A stretch of 6,676 nt of DNA from Octopus sinensis (lineage: Eukaryota). Shown here in pieces: positions 6,393-6,676 of this stretch (positions are counted from its first letter, which is position 1; every line of letters starts with the position of its first letter). The stretch is from assembly GCF_006345805.1 (NCBI RefSeq), contig NW_021829262.1, forward strand, positions 1 to 6,676, written 5' to 3'. The notes beneath the pieces were generated by a model. That model ran no database searches. It had not been told where the DNA came from and was given only the letters and a program-made list of their open reading frames with translations. The position numbers were made by a program, and so were the translations under genes.

Positions 6393-6471
6393 GCATACAT
6401 GAGCATGTCTAGACATGCAACTATATGCATGAGAATACATACATAAAACAAAACATACAAATCTGCACATA

Positions 6472-6475
<4 letters not shown>

Positions 6476-6505
<30 letters not shown>

Positions 6506-6557
6506 CATACACGCACACATACATACATACATACATACATACATACATACATACATA
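6476..6557. repeat. (TACA)n tract internal to the copy 2 3' UTR
   Basis: Direct reading. Confidence 0.92.
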
Positions 6558-6676
6558 AATGCCCTGTTGAATCTCTTTCTCTATTGGCAAGAAATCTTGA
6601 GATAAAACTGAATAACAACATACATTCATCTACACACACATGTCCATTTGTCTCCAAACTATAAGATTGGATGGAT

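Larger units (their letters stand above)
6050..6618 (+). mobile_element. RLE non-LTR retrotransposon 3' fragment, copy 2, in (TACA)n
   Basis: A longer 5' truncation product than copy 1, with the same UTR architecture. It ends AAAACTGAATAACAA|CATACATTCATC. Confidence 0.85.

Noticed and set aside
5441-6640. CRISPR-like or telomeric array interpretation of repeat-unique-repeat alternation
   Set aside because: The repeats are variable-length microsatellites and the intervening units are homologous retroelement fragments in eukaryotic DNA. No TTAGGG arrays are present.
5557-6664. Minus-strand MYVC-repeat ORFs and plus-strand 6425-6664
   Set aside because: They are antisense or UTR translations of the two RLE copies and the (TACA)n tracts. 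Their mutual similarity just reflects the two copies.

Overview
AT-rich, microsatellite-dense eukaryotic non-coding DNA. The repeat content looks like a coleoid cephalopod, probably Octopus; this rests on my recall of octopus tRNA-derived SINE families, not a database search. No complete host gene is present. The window holds several SINE copies (83-276, 472-689, 1392-1597, 2714-2820, 3651-4040), many microsatellites, and a fold-back element with a degenerate hammerhead-like core (2046-2308). It also holds three 5'-truncated 3' ends of restriction-like-endonuclease (RLE) non-LTR retrotransposons, each sitting in a microsatellite. One is Dong/R4-like and lies in (TAA)n (4351-4650). The other two are tandem, diverged copies of a second family lying in (TACA)n (5472-6014 and about 6050-6618). 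Both of these end at the same GAATAAYAA|CAT junction and carry a long (TACA)n tract inside their own 3' UTR. The best candidate for an undescribed system is this apparently (TACA)n-targeting retrotransposon that carries its own target. Almost all ORFs in the supplied track are microsatellite or SINE artefacts; only 5489-5743 is a real coding relic. Two possible host exons on opposite strands are low confidence.
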